A DNA stretch of 64,000 bases from Zygnema circumcarinatum SAG 698-1b (taxonomy: Eukaryota > Plantae > Zygnematophyceae). The notes under the pieces are model-generated. The model worked only from the letters and a program-made list of their open reading frames with translations, did no database searches and was not told the origin of the DNA. Shown here piece after piece: positions 40,102 to 51,634 of this stretch. The stretch covers positions 3,224,001 through 3,288,000 of the forward strand of contig CM074808.1 in NCBI GenBank assembly GCA_037447605.1, in the 5' to 3' direction. Made by a program: the position numbers and the translations under genes. Positions within the stretch are counted from its first letter, which is position 1. The number at the start of each line of letters is the position of its first letter.

Positions 40102-42840
40102 AGCTTCAAAAACAACGCTCAAGCTCTCTGCCCTCACAACGGACTGAACTCTTATTTCCAACTCCCTTAGGAACCCGAAATTCGCAAATCCAACAATCCT
40201 CGAGCAACATAGACCTAAACTAGCCTGAGAAACCTGAAACCTTTGATAAACCCCACCTTGCGACCAATGAGACGGGAGAAAGCGCGCGTTCCCTCTCCCC
40301 CGCAGGCAGTTGCGGGCACCACAACACAGTCCACATCATGTGCCCAAATGGCTCCACCTCCCCTCCTCCCACTTCCTCCCTCCTCTCTCTCTATGAATTG
40401 GGGGGCCCGGCTGAGCCCCGCCAAAATGCAGGGAAGGAAAGTGTGGCCTATCTGCAGCCCCCCACCGATTACAAGAGTTCAGAGTTTGAACGTCTGCCGA
40501 TAGAGATTCAGTTTTTGAGCACTTCAGGTTCGCTCTTGTATTTGAGAGAGGGTCAGAATTCGATTGAGTTTCAGAGGCTTCCAGGTAAACAGGACCTTTA
40601 AGAGGGTTCACTTCCAATAAACCACGGTTTGATATTTGCAAACTTCGCCCTGTGGAGAACAATAGCAATAAGGACGTTTTTGCTTTGGATTTAAACTTTT
40701 AATAAGAACCACTGGCCATCCTATTGGGCACTCAACTGCGATATATCACAGCGAGATAAAACCTGGGAAAGCAGTTCGCAACTCACAAAAAATCCACTTC
40801 AGGAGTCCTAGGCTTGCTTTGGAATTTTTAACAATCTCAAGTTATTTGCAATCATCGAGGTGTTCGCAGGGACTTTAAGACTCTCAACTTTGTTCGGCTT
40901 TAGAATGTCAAGTCCTTCTCCAAATACTAAGTGCAACGACCTGGAGGGGGGGTGGAGGAGGGAGGGGGAAGGAGGGAAAGAGAGAGAGAGAGAGAGGTGC
41001 GAAACCTCTTCTGCAGCAGAGCGAGGGGATATGGAAGGGTCAAATGGAATCGGAGCAAGAGCGGGAGCGTGGGCACATGGAACACGGAGACTCTCGACCA
41101 CTGCGTGGCTGATCACAGCCTCCACTCCCGAAAGCGCGTCCACGCCCTGCTCGCCTTCCCCCCTCCCGCCTCCCCACTCTCAGTACAACCTCTCCATATG
41201 CTTCTCCTTTCCTAATTCTAACACCCTTAATCAGAAACACTTCTGCTCTCACCTCTCTCTCTCTCTCTCTCTCTCTCTCTTCACTCCCTCTTTTATCCCA
41301 CTCGTCCTCGCTCCCCCCTCACCCCTCCCCCTCCCCCCTCCCCCTCCCCCTCCCCCTCCCCCTCCCCCTCCCCCTCCCCCCTCCCCCTCCCCCTCCCCCT
41401 CCCCCTCCCCCCTCCCCCTCCCCCCTCCCCCGCTCCCCCTCTCCCCCTCTCCCCCATCCCCCTCCCCCTCTCCCCCTCCCCCGTCCCCCTCCCTCACCTG
41501 GCCCTGCCTGTACTGTTCAATGTCTTGGAGGTCGTCGTCGGGGAAGCGCGCCACGACGCCCAGCGCCTCCGCGCCCTCGCGGAGGAGTCCCTCCGCCGCG
41601 CGAAGGAGCGAGTCTCTGCGCGCGACCCGCCCCGTGGAGGCGCCCGTGGAGGGGTCCAACCACTTGGACACCTGCACTCCAATAAGGCCTCTCAGCCATG
41701 GCGACTGTCCCTCCCTTCTCTCCTACTTTCTCTCTCACTCTCGTCAAGTCGCCCCACCTTTTCAGCAGTCGTTTAGCAGTGGTCGGTTTGGGAATGGAGT
41801 GGAAAAGCGAACCTCGAGAGGGGTGTCTGTGAGAGTGTAGGTGATAAGGGGGAGGCCCAGCGTGGCTCTCGCAGCATCTACTGCTTGAAGGTGCCGCTGC
41901 AAAAGCTCCTCCTCTATGGCACAGTCAAACACAAGGCCGACCTGCAGTGCCAAACACAGCTCACAGTTAACAACGACTTTCTTTCGTTCGTTTTGTCATC
42001 GTCAAAACCAACTTGAAGGCCTTCACACCTCCCTAGGTGAAGCTCCGGTTCGAACTCGGGTATTTTATTACAATGTCGGTTGAAGTTTGTCATAGATGGA
42101 CAAAATTGGACAGGTAACATGATGATATTGATGATGATGATGATGATGATGTTAAAGAGGTGATGCAGAACATACCCTATTTTGATGCACAGGCTGCAAA
42201 CCCCAAATTCCTTCCGCAAACCTGTCGAGGCCATAGCCCTCCACATACAGCGCGTTCGACATGGGCCAATACATCATGGCGCCGTTCAGCACCTGCTTCC
42301 CCCCGCTTCCGTACAACATGACGAAACCCTAAAACCGCAACCCTCATCCCTGAACCCTGAAAACCCTGTTTCCCTAAAACATCCTCCTGTACACGCACAA
42401 CCCGGCCGCTCTGTCCTGAACCCCGGGCGCACATTAGGGTGAGTGATGAGACAGTCGGCTGTAGCCGCCATGGCGCGCGCTACAGGCAGCGCATCCCCTG
42501 CAAAGCCTCCAATGGCTGCGCCCACACCCGTGGGCACTATCAGCACCGCCGTGTACGGACGCTGCCCCAGCTGAACCCCGCCGCCCCCCGCGCAGGTCGA
42601 GGGTTTAGCGAGGCTTAGGGCTTTCGAGGGTTTGGTCTTTGAGGGCTTTAGGGTTTGCAGGGAGGGAGGGGCTGGCGGCGCCCCCACCTGTTCTGCGGAC
42701 ACGTGGAGGCTCCTGCTACGCCGCCGCCGGGTTTCTGGACACGTGGTGATCTGTGGCGGTTGCTGCGACCGTCCGGAGAGGCGCAGGGGAGGCCCCGAGA
42801 ACGCGCCACGTGGCAGCAGCGCGGCTCCCGGCGAGGCCAT
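39531..42840 (-). CDS. DUF3326 family protein (plastid-targeted, cyanobacterial homologues)
   Basis: RPYTAVLIVPTGVGAAIGGFAGDALP...LITHPNVLNGAMMYWP...YVEGYGLDRF...NRVGLVFDCAIE...GVDALSGVEAVISHAVV...CAHAPAL...SPRSAAEE...VDCVVVPATACGG...IAVEEN...EALGVMAAHKAGVNP. Confidence 0.9.
40041..40098. repeat. (CT)n intronic microsatellite
   Basis: Direct sequence observation. Confidence 0.95.
41311..41495. repeat. (CCCCCT)n-like tract in a DUF3326 intron, (GGGGGA)n on the sense strand
   Basis: Degenerate hexamer array just after the 5' splice site at ~41497. Confidence 0.9.
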
Positions 42841-43129
42841 GGCGGGGCGGAGGAGGGAGAGCCTCGCGGGGGAGCGACGGGCGCCCACAAGCACGCGGCG
42901 CGCGCGCCTGGGCGGACCGTTGGCGCGGGCAAGTTGGCAACTTGAGGCGGTCGGTTTGCAACCGCCGGAAGAGTTCGCGCACGAAATAAAATTAGTCTCG
43001 AGGAATAATGAATTTTAGTTTATCGATTTGAGACTGGAACTGGAACTGTAACTGCACACACGATTGGAGGCTCAGCTGTAGAACTATAGATTACGGGACT
43101 AGTAAGCATAGATCCAGCCCTCATAGAAC

Positions 43130-44340
43130 CCGCAGGGCCGGGCGGTCCCGGGGCGTCGATTGGGCCGTTGCCCCCCCCCCCCGGAGAGTCGGCAGAGATG
43201 GCGGCGATCTGGGCCGTCCAGCTGGCGCCCCGCTGGCGCCCCCGGGCGGCAGTGCGCGGCGACAAGAGACCGCCGCCCGCCGGTCGGCCGCCGCCTGGGC
43301 GGGCGGGCGGGCGGCAGGGACGCGTCTTGACGCCATCATTGCTCCTCGCTTCCGGGTCAACGCCCGGCGGCGACCTGCCGCGTGGGCCCTCCGGCGCCGG
43401 CCGCTCGGTTAGCGGCCGGCCGGCGACCAATGCAATGCAAGTGGCAGGCCGGCCGGCCGGTAGAGTGGGCGGGTGGGCGTCAGCCACGTGGCAGCCACGC
43501 ACGCCGCCTGGGAAGTCGCGTGACTTCTCGAAGCGCCGACCGCGTCCGGTTGGGAGGGCCGGGCGGGAGGGCGCCCACGTCACCCACGCCTTTGATGGCG
43601 TCATCATGAACGGAGCGGCCTCTGGCGCGCCGATCGTTCTGTCGCGAGCGTCATGTCACGTTCGTACAGTGATGTCGCCATGACGTCATGATTCCGCACG
43701 TGGCAGCCGTCGGTTCCAGAATCGGCGGGGCAGGTCGCGACAGGCGACGTGCCGGTAACGACAAGCCACTTGCTGGCGACACGCGACCGACCGTACCGCT
43801 GTTTGTCGTATGGGCTATGGCCTGCGGCCGCGCAAGCCGACAGCGTCGGGTTCGAGCGGTCAGAGAAATTTGGCGGCGTAAAGTCGCGGGCGGCGCGCGG
43901 TCGGGCCCGTCCGATGTCCGCGCGGGGGCGGACATCCCACGGCCGCGAGGGCGCACGGCGGGCCAGGGAGGGAATATCGGGCGGAGCCGTACGGATTGGA
44001 TGCGGGAGTCATGATGGCGGGCGGGCGGGCACGCGGCAAATCTTCTTTCCTTCCGTGCGCGCGTGCGTATGCGCTGCGTCGAACCACGCGCTCCGCCTCG
44101 CACGCGCATGCATGCATGCATCCATCCATCCATCGCGGCGGGCGGCCCGCGGCGCGAGTCCAGCCGACAGCAGCCGCAGCGACGAGGAGGCGGAGGGTGC
44201 GCGCGCGTCATTGCGCGGCGGCGCGGTATTCCGCGCTTCCGCCGGCGCGCGCGCGAACAGGAATGCGGCGGTTGGCGATTGTCGGTCGGTCGGCAGCGCG
44301 TGGCGGAATATGCCACCGCGCAGTTGGGAGGGAGGGGAGG
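43130..44340. promoter_or_regulatory. Very GC/CpG-rich intergenic island upstream of the DUF3326 gene
   Basis: GC-rich with GCCACGTGGC, CATGACGTCATG, GCACGTGGC and CCAAT motifs. No convincing protein motif in any frame. Confidence 0.45.
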
Positions 44341-44469
44341 CCCGCGCTGGCTCTGACTCTGGCTCTGACTTTGGGGGCGGGGGGCGGGAGGGATGGACAG
44401 AGAGGCTCGTTTGATTCGCTGGCTTTACGGGGAGGTGGGCCTTCCCTTTCCCGCGCACGTCCGACAACC

Positions 44470-44708
44470 CGACAGGCAGACAGACAGGCAGACAGACGGA
44501 CAGACAGACAGACAGATAGACAGTCAAACAGGCAGACAGACAAACAGGCAGTCAGACATACAGACAGTCAAACAGGTAGACAAACAAACAGGCGGATAGA
44601 CAGGCCGAGACAGGCGGGCAGAGACAAGCAGACAGACAGATAAACAGGCGTCATGCAGACAGACAGGCAGAGACAGGCAAGCAGGGACAGGCAGACAGAC
44701 AGACAGAC
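44470..44708. repeat. (CAGA)n degenerate tetranucleotide repeat, followed by (GGAG)n at ~44815-44860
   Basis: Direct sequence observation. Confidence 0.9.
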
Positions 44709-45807
44709 GCGGGCCGGCCTGGCCTAGCGCTTTCCCTCGCGCCATGGCGATGGCCATGGCCGCAACAGCACCGACCCCCCCAGCAGCAGCATGGGGGGGA
44801 GAGAGAGGGAAGGAAGGAGGGAGGGAGGGAGGGAGGGAGGGAGGGAGGGAGGGAGGGAGGGGAGCACCGCATGAACACGAGCAGCAGCAGCGAAAGCAAG
44901 CAAGCAAGAGCAGATAGCAAGCCTCGCTGGAAACCACCCGCACTTGTAGATATTTCGCGTCTTCACAAAAAAGAAAAAATCCTCAACAAAAAATTCTTGG
45001 ACCTTTGCTGAATAGCACTCCTCCTTTCTATACTCTTTCTTAACTTTCTTCTCCATCCTCCTCCTCCCCATATTTAATCACACTTTTCACTCTAGCCTGC
45101 CTGCCTGCCTACTTCTCTACGCCTACCGCTGCGGTACGTGGTACAACCAGACTACTTTCGCGTCTGGGCATCTAGAGACAACAGTATGAGGTGCCCCAAA
45201 TGAACATTCCGCCCAAAAATGAGAGTGGAGCGAAGACTACAATGCGAACGGGCATGCGATCGATATTTAGCGAGAGGGCGAGAGGGAGAGGGAGGGAGAG
45301 AGAGAGAGGGGAAGGGAGGGGAAGGGAAGAGAGAAAGGGATTGAAATGGTAGCCCTCAGGAGAGGGCTCCCGTGTTACACAAGGATAAACATGGGGAGAG
45401 AGAGAGAGTGATGAACCTCAGGTGGTCAATGTTCCCCACTACGTTTAAATATACATTCGGTGAAGGATCGTGCTCTCCATCATTGATGATAACAATGGTC
45501 CTCACACAATGATAGCGGCGGCGACTATGACGACGGATGATGATTTAAGGACTGATAATGACGATGAGAATTGAAGATAACGAATACGGTAATGATGTGA
45601 AGACGATGAGCATGGCATGGTGGGAGAGGAGAAGAAGAAGATGATGATGATGCACGGCCTCTCGGCGGCTCCCAAAGGGAGAGCAAGTTGAATGTACATC
45701 CTGCGATCAGACTGCCCGTCGTCACATTCGCTCCACATTCATTTCTTGGCGTTCAAATGAAAAACTTTCCTTACGGCACTCTCGAGGGCGTCCCCCCCCC
45801 CCCCTTC

Positions 45808-48097
45808 CTAAGTGTCATCCTCCGTCTGCCTGTAAGAGCGCCACTCGATATCATCACTCAGCCCCGAGGCATCCAGCCTCCTCTGAAGCTCCTGAACCCC
45901 CAAAACCTCACCCCATCGGTTAATCTCCAAGCTCAACAAAGGCATCACCTTCCTCACCATCACAACAAAGAACATAAAACCCTCGATAGCTCCGTTTCAC
46001 TTTCCCCCATCTCTGAGCCCCGCCCTCCTCCCGCGCCCTCCTCCCTCCTCCCTCCTCCTCACCTGCACTTTGCGTTTGAGAAACTTCATGTACTCCACAG
46101 CTTCCTCCAGCATCTCCGCTGTGTTGGCCTGACTGTTGATGTTGGGCACCAAGTCCTGCAGCCGCTTCATGTTCTCGCTGATGCGTGTGCGCCGCACCTG
46201 CACTCAAATCAAATCAAGCAAATGCAGCAAGTTTCTTAAGGAGCAGTTTGACAGATGAATCTCGTGTTCCAGCATCCGGGCTATCTCGTCACATGCCTAC
46301 TTGTGTGCATGCATGCGTTACATGTATTGCACTTACTACACGAATTGCGCTATAGCTGGCCGATTGGCAAGGCTGAGACTCAGTAGTCCGACAGCCAAAC
46401 AGTGACTCCTTGCATGGACCAAAGATATAAAGAGGCAGAAAGTGCGGGGGAGGAAGGATATGAGTTGAGAATGAGGGGAAGCGGGTAGGAAGGGTGTAGG
46501 GAGGTGAAGTGGAGAGGGGTACAAGGGACGAAAGGGTGCAGTCAAACAATATACTCCAACTGCAACTGCCAAGCAAAGACCATACGCATTCCACATTTTC
46601 ACATTCACGTGCATGAGTTCCGACAAGTCCTCACAAACACAGCCACGTCTTTTCACCACGTCTTGTCGCTGCAAGCATTCTGCTTTATCTCTCCCTCGCC
46701 CTCTCCCTCTCCCTCTCCCTCTCCCTGTCTCGCACTCACCCTCTCGGCAATGCTGCGAGGATGCGTTGCGCAGCCCCGCTTGGCCCTCGCCTTGCAGAGG
46801 ACTGAGTTTTCAGGAGTGAGGCTCGCCATATCCCCGCTTCCGTACTGCAGGCCCTGGTAGTCGTCATCCCTCCTCTGCATCACATCACATTTCACATCAT
46901 TCCCTGTCATTCTCTCGTTCACATCAATACCACCCTGGCATACCTCAACTTAGCAAACACAACAATTTTGGCTACAAACCGATAAATTCTGTGAATCCTC
47001 GACACAAGTAAAGTACTCACATCCATCCCTGATTCTCCCTGCGGCGATTTCGGCCTCTTTTTTGCCAACAAGTCGAGGTCCGCCAAATCATCCATTTCCA
47101 TTGCCAGGTCAGAGCTTGTTCGCTTTTTCGAATCGCCCCTTGGCATGGGTCCCAGCTGGTCGCTAAAGTCAATGGTGGGGCCCACCACCCTCTCCCAGTT
47201 GGCCCTATTGTCTCCACTCCCTGACCCGAGCCGGAGGCTCTCCAACCCCACACCCTTTGCCGCCTCTCCTGATTGGTGGAGAGGCTGGGCCCTATGATGA
47301 CTCCGTTGACTCTCTCTCCCTCCCTCCTCCCCTCCCTCGTCCGGCTGACTGGGCTGAGCCCTCATCAGACTCAGCTGATGATGCCTCCAATTTGCTGCCG
47401 CGCTCTCTGCAGGACTCAGCTCCTCATTATCTCCGCCAGGCAAAGGACCCGACTGACCCAACAAAGAACCTCTGTGTCCAGTTTCTCTCCCCAAGATATT
47501 CCCTGTTTGGGGCCACACATTCCCTAAGATTGCTTCCGGGGCGGAGTGACGCCGGAGGAGGGCTCCTGCCTGCACTCCTGCTAGCTGTCCTCTCCCTGCC
47601 AACATTCTCCCTCCCCCTCCCTCCTGCATCCCTCCCCCCTGCGAGAGCCGTAGTGTGCTGACCAAATCTGCAGTAGGTTCTTCTCCATCCCTCTGCAACG
47701 ACAATGTTGGAACCTTTCTAGGAGCATGTAGGCTTGACAGCTGTCCCCCTGCTCCTCCATTGCTCATTCCGAGGCTTCCATCGGAATTAAGTTGCGAGCT
47801 TGAGGAGCCGCGGAGGCCGAGAGAGGAAGGAGTGCTCTGCGGCTCCGCCATGGAGGACTCGTGAGGGGAGGAGGAAAGGGAATGCATTTCTCCATTAAAA
47901 TGGAGGCCGCGATTGTGACCATGATTATTAAGGTTGTTGTATTGCCCAAGCTGCAGCGACTGCAGAAGGTCTCTGCTTCCGTGCTGTAAGCCGTTTGAGA
48001 GAGAATTAGGGTTTCCAGAGGGGAGACTTGCGCTCCTTCTTGGAGGGAGCTCAAAGTAGGTGTTCGCATGGTTATGTGAAGGGGCCCTGCGTGGCAT
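45808..48097 (-). CDS. bHLH transcription factor, subfamily IX (FBH-like)
   Basis: Long disordered exon 1 (48097-~47019), then CKARAKRGCATHPRSIAER|VRRTRISENMKRLQDLVPNINSQANTAEMLEEAVEYMKFLKRKVQ|ELQRRL...EDDT*. RAKRGCATHPRSIAERVRRTRIS is diagnostic of plant group IX. Confidence 0.9.
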
Positions 48098-49274
48098 GGT
48101 AGCATTTAAATTTAGAGGTGTTGCAGATTAGAAAGGTGTGAGCATAAAGAATGCTAGCTTTCAGTTCCAGTTCCAGTTGCAGTTCCAGTTGCAGTTCCAC
48201 ACGCTGTTCCCTTTCTTTTGTTGTTCCAACAGGGAAAAGAGGGAGAGCAGGAAAAATGCAGAATAAGCCATGGCATGGCTCTGAAGATATAGGGGAGTGC
48301 ACATTGCAGGAGAGTCTTGGCACTGTAGTATCTATCAGTGAATCAGGTTTCTAGTCAAAATCTGGAAAAAAAAATGAACGTGCGACTAATAAGCAAATAA
48401 ACATGGAACACGTCAGAGAGAGATGAAAGGTGCAGCGTGACGGGACACACCAGCGCTCTTCCGGCAGGGCTTGTACACCGTTGTGTTTCGGAGGCCAGCG
48501 GGAGTGCATTTCTTCATCTCTTGGAACCATCTCTTCTCTCTCTCTCTCTCTCTTTCTCTCTCTCCCTCTCTATCTCTCTTTCTTCCGGTTCCTCCGCTTC
48601 TCCACCTCCAGTCCTATTCAGCCCTTCCCTTCTCCGCTACCACACTCTCTCCGTTTCTCCACCTTAAACTCACTCTCTTGCTCCCCTCCTACACTTCCTC
48701 CGCCACGCCTCCTGACTTCCCTCCAGCCTCTCTTTCCTCTATCCCGTCTCTATGACTCCCTTCTCTCTTTCTCTTTCCCTCCTCCCTCTCCAACCCTACC
48801 CTTGATGCCCGGCGCCTCCCTCTTCCCCCCTCCTTCCTCCCTTTCCCTCCCTCTCCGTCCCTCTCCCTCCCTCCCTCCCTCCCTCCCTCCCTCCCTCCCT
48901 CCCTCCCCCGCCTGTCCCTGCCCCTGCCCCTGCCCCTGACCCCGCCCCGCCCCGCCCCGCCCCTTGAGCGCTCCCCGCGGACGCGCTTCGCCGCCTCTGC
49001 CCGCCCGGATCCGATCGGCCCTCCCTCCCTCCCTCCCTCGAGTCCACTTGCCCCCCCGCCCGTGCCCGCCCACGTGCCGTGATTCCCGGCTGCACGTGCC
49101 GTCGTCGGATGCCCCGATCCAAGGGCGCCGCCCGGTCCGCCGCCCGCGTGGATCCGCGGTTGACCCCCTGTGGATCTCCGCCGGCCGGCCCGCCCGCCCG
49201 CCGGCCGGCCAGGCTGGGCCCAGCGCGGCGGCCGCCCAAGTGGCACTCGCATTGCTGGCCGCGCGCCACTGGCC

Positions 49275-49340
49275 GTACGTCGTCGTACGCTGTCGAGTTT
49301 TCTCGTACATCTTCGTACGGCATAAGTACAGTACACGTAC
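49275..49340. promoter_or_regulatory. Dense GTAC (SBP-box / copper-response-element core) cluster
   Basis: GTAC at 49275, 49285, 49305, 49315, 49326, 49331 and 49337, mostly in CGTAC context. Confidence 0.55.
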
Positions 49341-49706
49341 GGCAGGGCCGCGACAGGTCCCCGCGTTGCACGCGCAAGTGGCACTTTGTCGTATTTGTGG
49401 GGGCGCCACGCGGCGGACGGACGCAACGGACAGGACGGACGGACACCGACCGCGTGACGCGACATACCGTACGCTAACGCAAGAAGTCGCGTTATGGCCC
49501 CGCCCGCCCGCCAGCAAGACGACAGGACCGTACGGCGGCATGCGGGCGGGCGGGCGGCAGGGCGGGCGGGGCGACGTGGCGCGCGGGGAGGCAAGTGCAA
49601 TGATGACGCCACGTGACGTGATGGGGGGCGGAGGCATCAACAAATACCGTACAACCGGGAAGGTTGAGAAAAAAAAGTTCAAGATTTTGGGTTTGAAATT
49701 AATAAA

Positions 49707-50629
49707 GGAAAGTGCTATTTACAGTCACTTTTTTTTCTGAAAACAGTGACCTTTTCGCAGGACAACTTTTACAAAGGATTTTTTAGAGAAAAATGTTGTT
49801 CATACTTTTGTAGAATAGATACAGACCTTTTTTCGTCGGGTGTACGGATGGTGATTTGAATGTACGAAGCGCGCGCGTCTACCAAGTATAAGGGCGCAAC
49901 ACGTGGATCGACATGATTGGTCGCGGCATCATATGACGTGACAAGTACGTTTGGGACCGTGACGTGACGAAACGAGACGCGAAAAAACTGGAGTCCGCGG
50001 ACGGCAGTCGGAAATGGCGGGAAAGAAAATTGACAAACCCTAAAAACCCATTTTAGGGTTTTTGAGTGCGTCTGCCGCACCTCCTTTGTACAGTTCGCGC
50101 ATGGCAGCAGGAGATGGAGTTCGTTACGCGGGAGGAGTTGATCAAAGATATCAGGAAGAGGTATATACAAGGAGTTGTCCTCGCCATCAAGAGTAGTACG
50201 AAGAAACGGTTGGTGTTCAACTTTGATCGAGGTGGGCAGTATAGAAATGCTCTAAACCTGGCAGAAATAAAATTGACAAACCCTAATGGGTTTTTAGGGT
50301 TTGTCAATTTTTTTTCCCGCCATTTCCGACTGCCGTCCGCGGACCACTTTTTTCGCGTTTCGTTTCGTCACGTCACGGTCCCAAACATAACTGTCACGTC
50401 ATATGGTGCCGCGACCAATCATGTCACTCCACGTGTTGCGCCCTTATACTTTGTAGACGCGTGCGCTTCGTACATTCAAATTCATCATTCGTACACCCGA
50501 CGAAAAAAGGTCTGTATCTATTCTATAAAAGTATGAAACAGCATTTTACTCCAAAAAAACCTTTGTAAAAGCTGCCGGGCGAAAAAGTCACTGTTTTCAG
50601 AAAAAAGGTGACTGTAAATAGAACTTTCC
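49707..50629. mobile_element. Mutator-like (MULE) foldback non-autonomous element, 923 bp
   Basis: Inverted arms 49707-50052 and 50285-50629 (about 90% identical by eye) starting GGAAAGT(G/T)CTATTTACAGTCAC. 8-bp direct repeat TTAATAAA at 49699-49706 and 50630-50637. The internal fragment MEFVTREELIKDIRKRYIQGVVLAIKSSTKKRLVFNFDRGGQYRN resembles the FAR1-like N-terminus of MULE transposases. Confidence 0.85.
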
Positions 50630-50763
50630 TTAATAAAAACCAGTTTCTCAAAGTAAAAAAAAACCCTACGTTTGTGAACACGGTTCCGTTTTGAGAAATG
50701 AAAAAAAAATTCGACGATGCCCGCTGGCGGGGCGGCACGAGCGGGGAGGGCAGGGCCGGAACC

Positions 50764-50795
50764 GTACAGATACGTACAGGCGTACGAGGACGTAC
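50764..50795. promoter_or_regulatory. Second GTAC cluster, distal to the MULE
   Basis: CGTAC cores at 50764, 50774, 50782 and 50792. Confidence 0.5.
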
Positions 50796-51634
50796 GGTTC
50801 GTGACATGTGGCCCTTTTTCCATGAGACAGTTTACCGTTAAACTGTGCGCAAGCACAGGCACGTATTAGCCAAACTGAACGCTACGCTGCTCACATGGAA
50901 CTTCAACAGCTGCCTTGAGCAGGCGCAGACCCATTCCCTCGCGGTGGAGAAGGCGGTATGGTCTCACTTTTACGTTTTGATTTTCTGAGGGTCTATCTAC
51001 ACACCTTTTTTGGATAGATTACCTTTTTTTTTTTTTTTTTTAAGTAAATTCCAACTTTTGGCAAGGTCCAGGTCTGTGGGCTTGCGCCAAACGAGCCGTG
51101 TGGCGGCACTACTCGCAGCCATGGCAGCGAAAAGTGGGCCCAAAGTGACTGACAGTCCCAAAAGGTGAACTTCCCTCGTAGCTAAAACTTTTCACTTACG
51201 GATAACACTCCATGCTTGACTCTCATAACAAGTACTTCACAACTAAACTCACGCAAAAAGCTTCCGCATCAGTCGACGTCCTATTGGCTGAGTCACATGC
51301 AATAACACATCCGTGGAAAGCTCTCTTTAGACACCAACAAGTGACAGCATTCGCGTCCCAATCACTGAAAATCCCAAACGACAATTGCGTGTAACCAACC
51401 AACCAACCAACCGACTATAAAAAAAACAAATGAACCAAAAGCCATGGAATACAAGGACCTGCTCAAAAAGGCCCACATAGAGCGCCATTCTTACCGCCAA
51501 TTTTGAACTCAACTCAACTCAACTCAACTGAGCTACGACATAGAACCCTACCGCAAAACTTGGGCCTTTCCGTATTTATTTTGAGGAATTACACGAGGAA
51601 ACACCGAAGGTCCTTCCTTGAATTTTATGGGAAA

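Noticed and set aside
40860-41840. 326-aa proline-rich (extensin-like) ORF on + strand
   Set aside because: Antisense to DUF3326 exons; the poly-Pro derives from the intronic (CCCCCT)n tract.
43020-44643. Several 170-220-aa Arg/Ala/Pro-rich ORFs on both strands
   Set aside because: Expected from very high GC content; overlapping in multiple frames with no recognisable motif.
48430-49740. Long ORFs of 169-310 aa upstream of the bHLH gene
   Set aside because: Low-complexity CT tracts and a GC-rich island; no protein motif.
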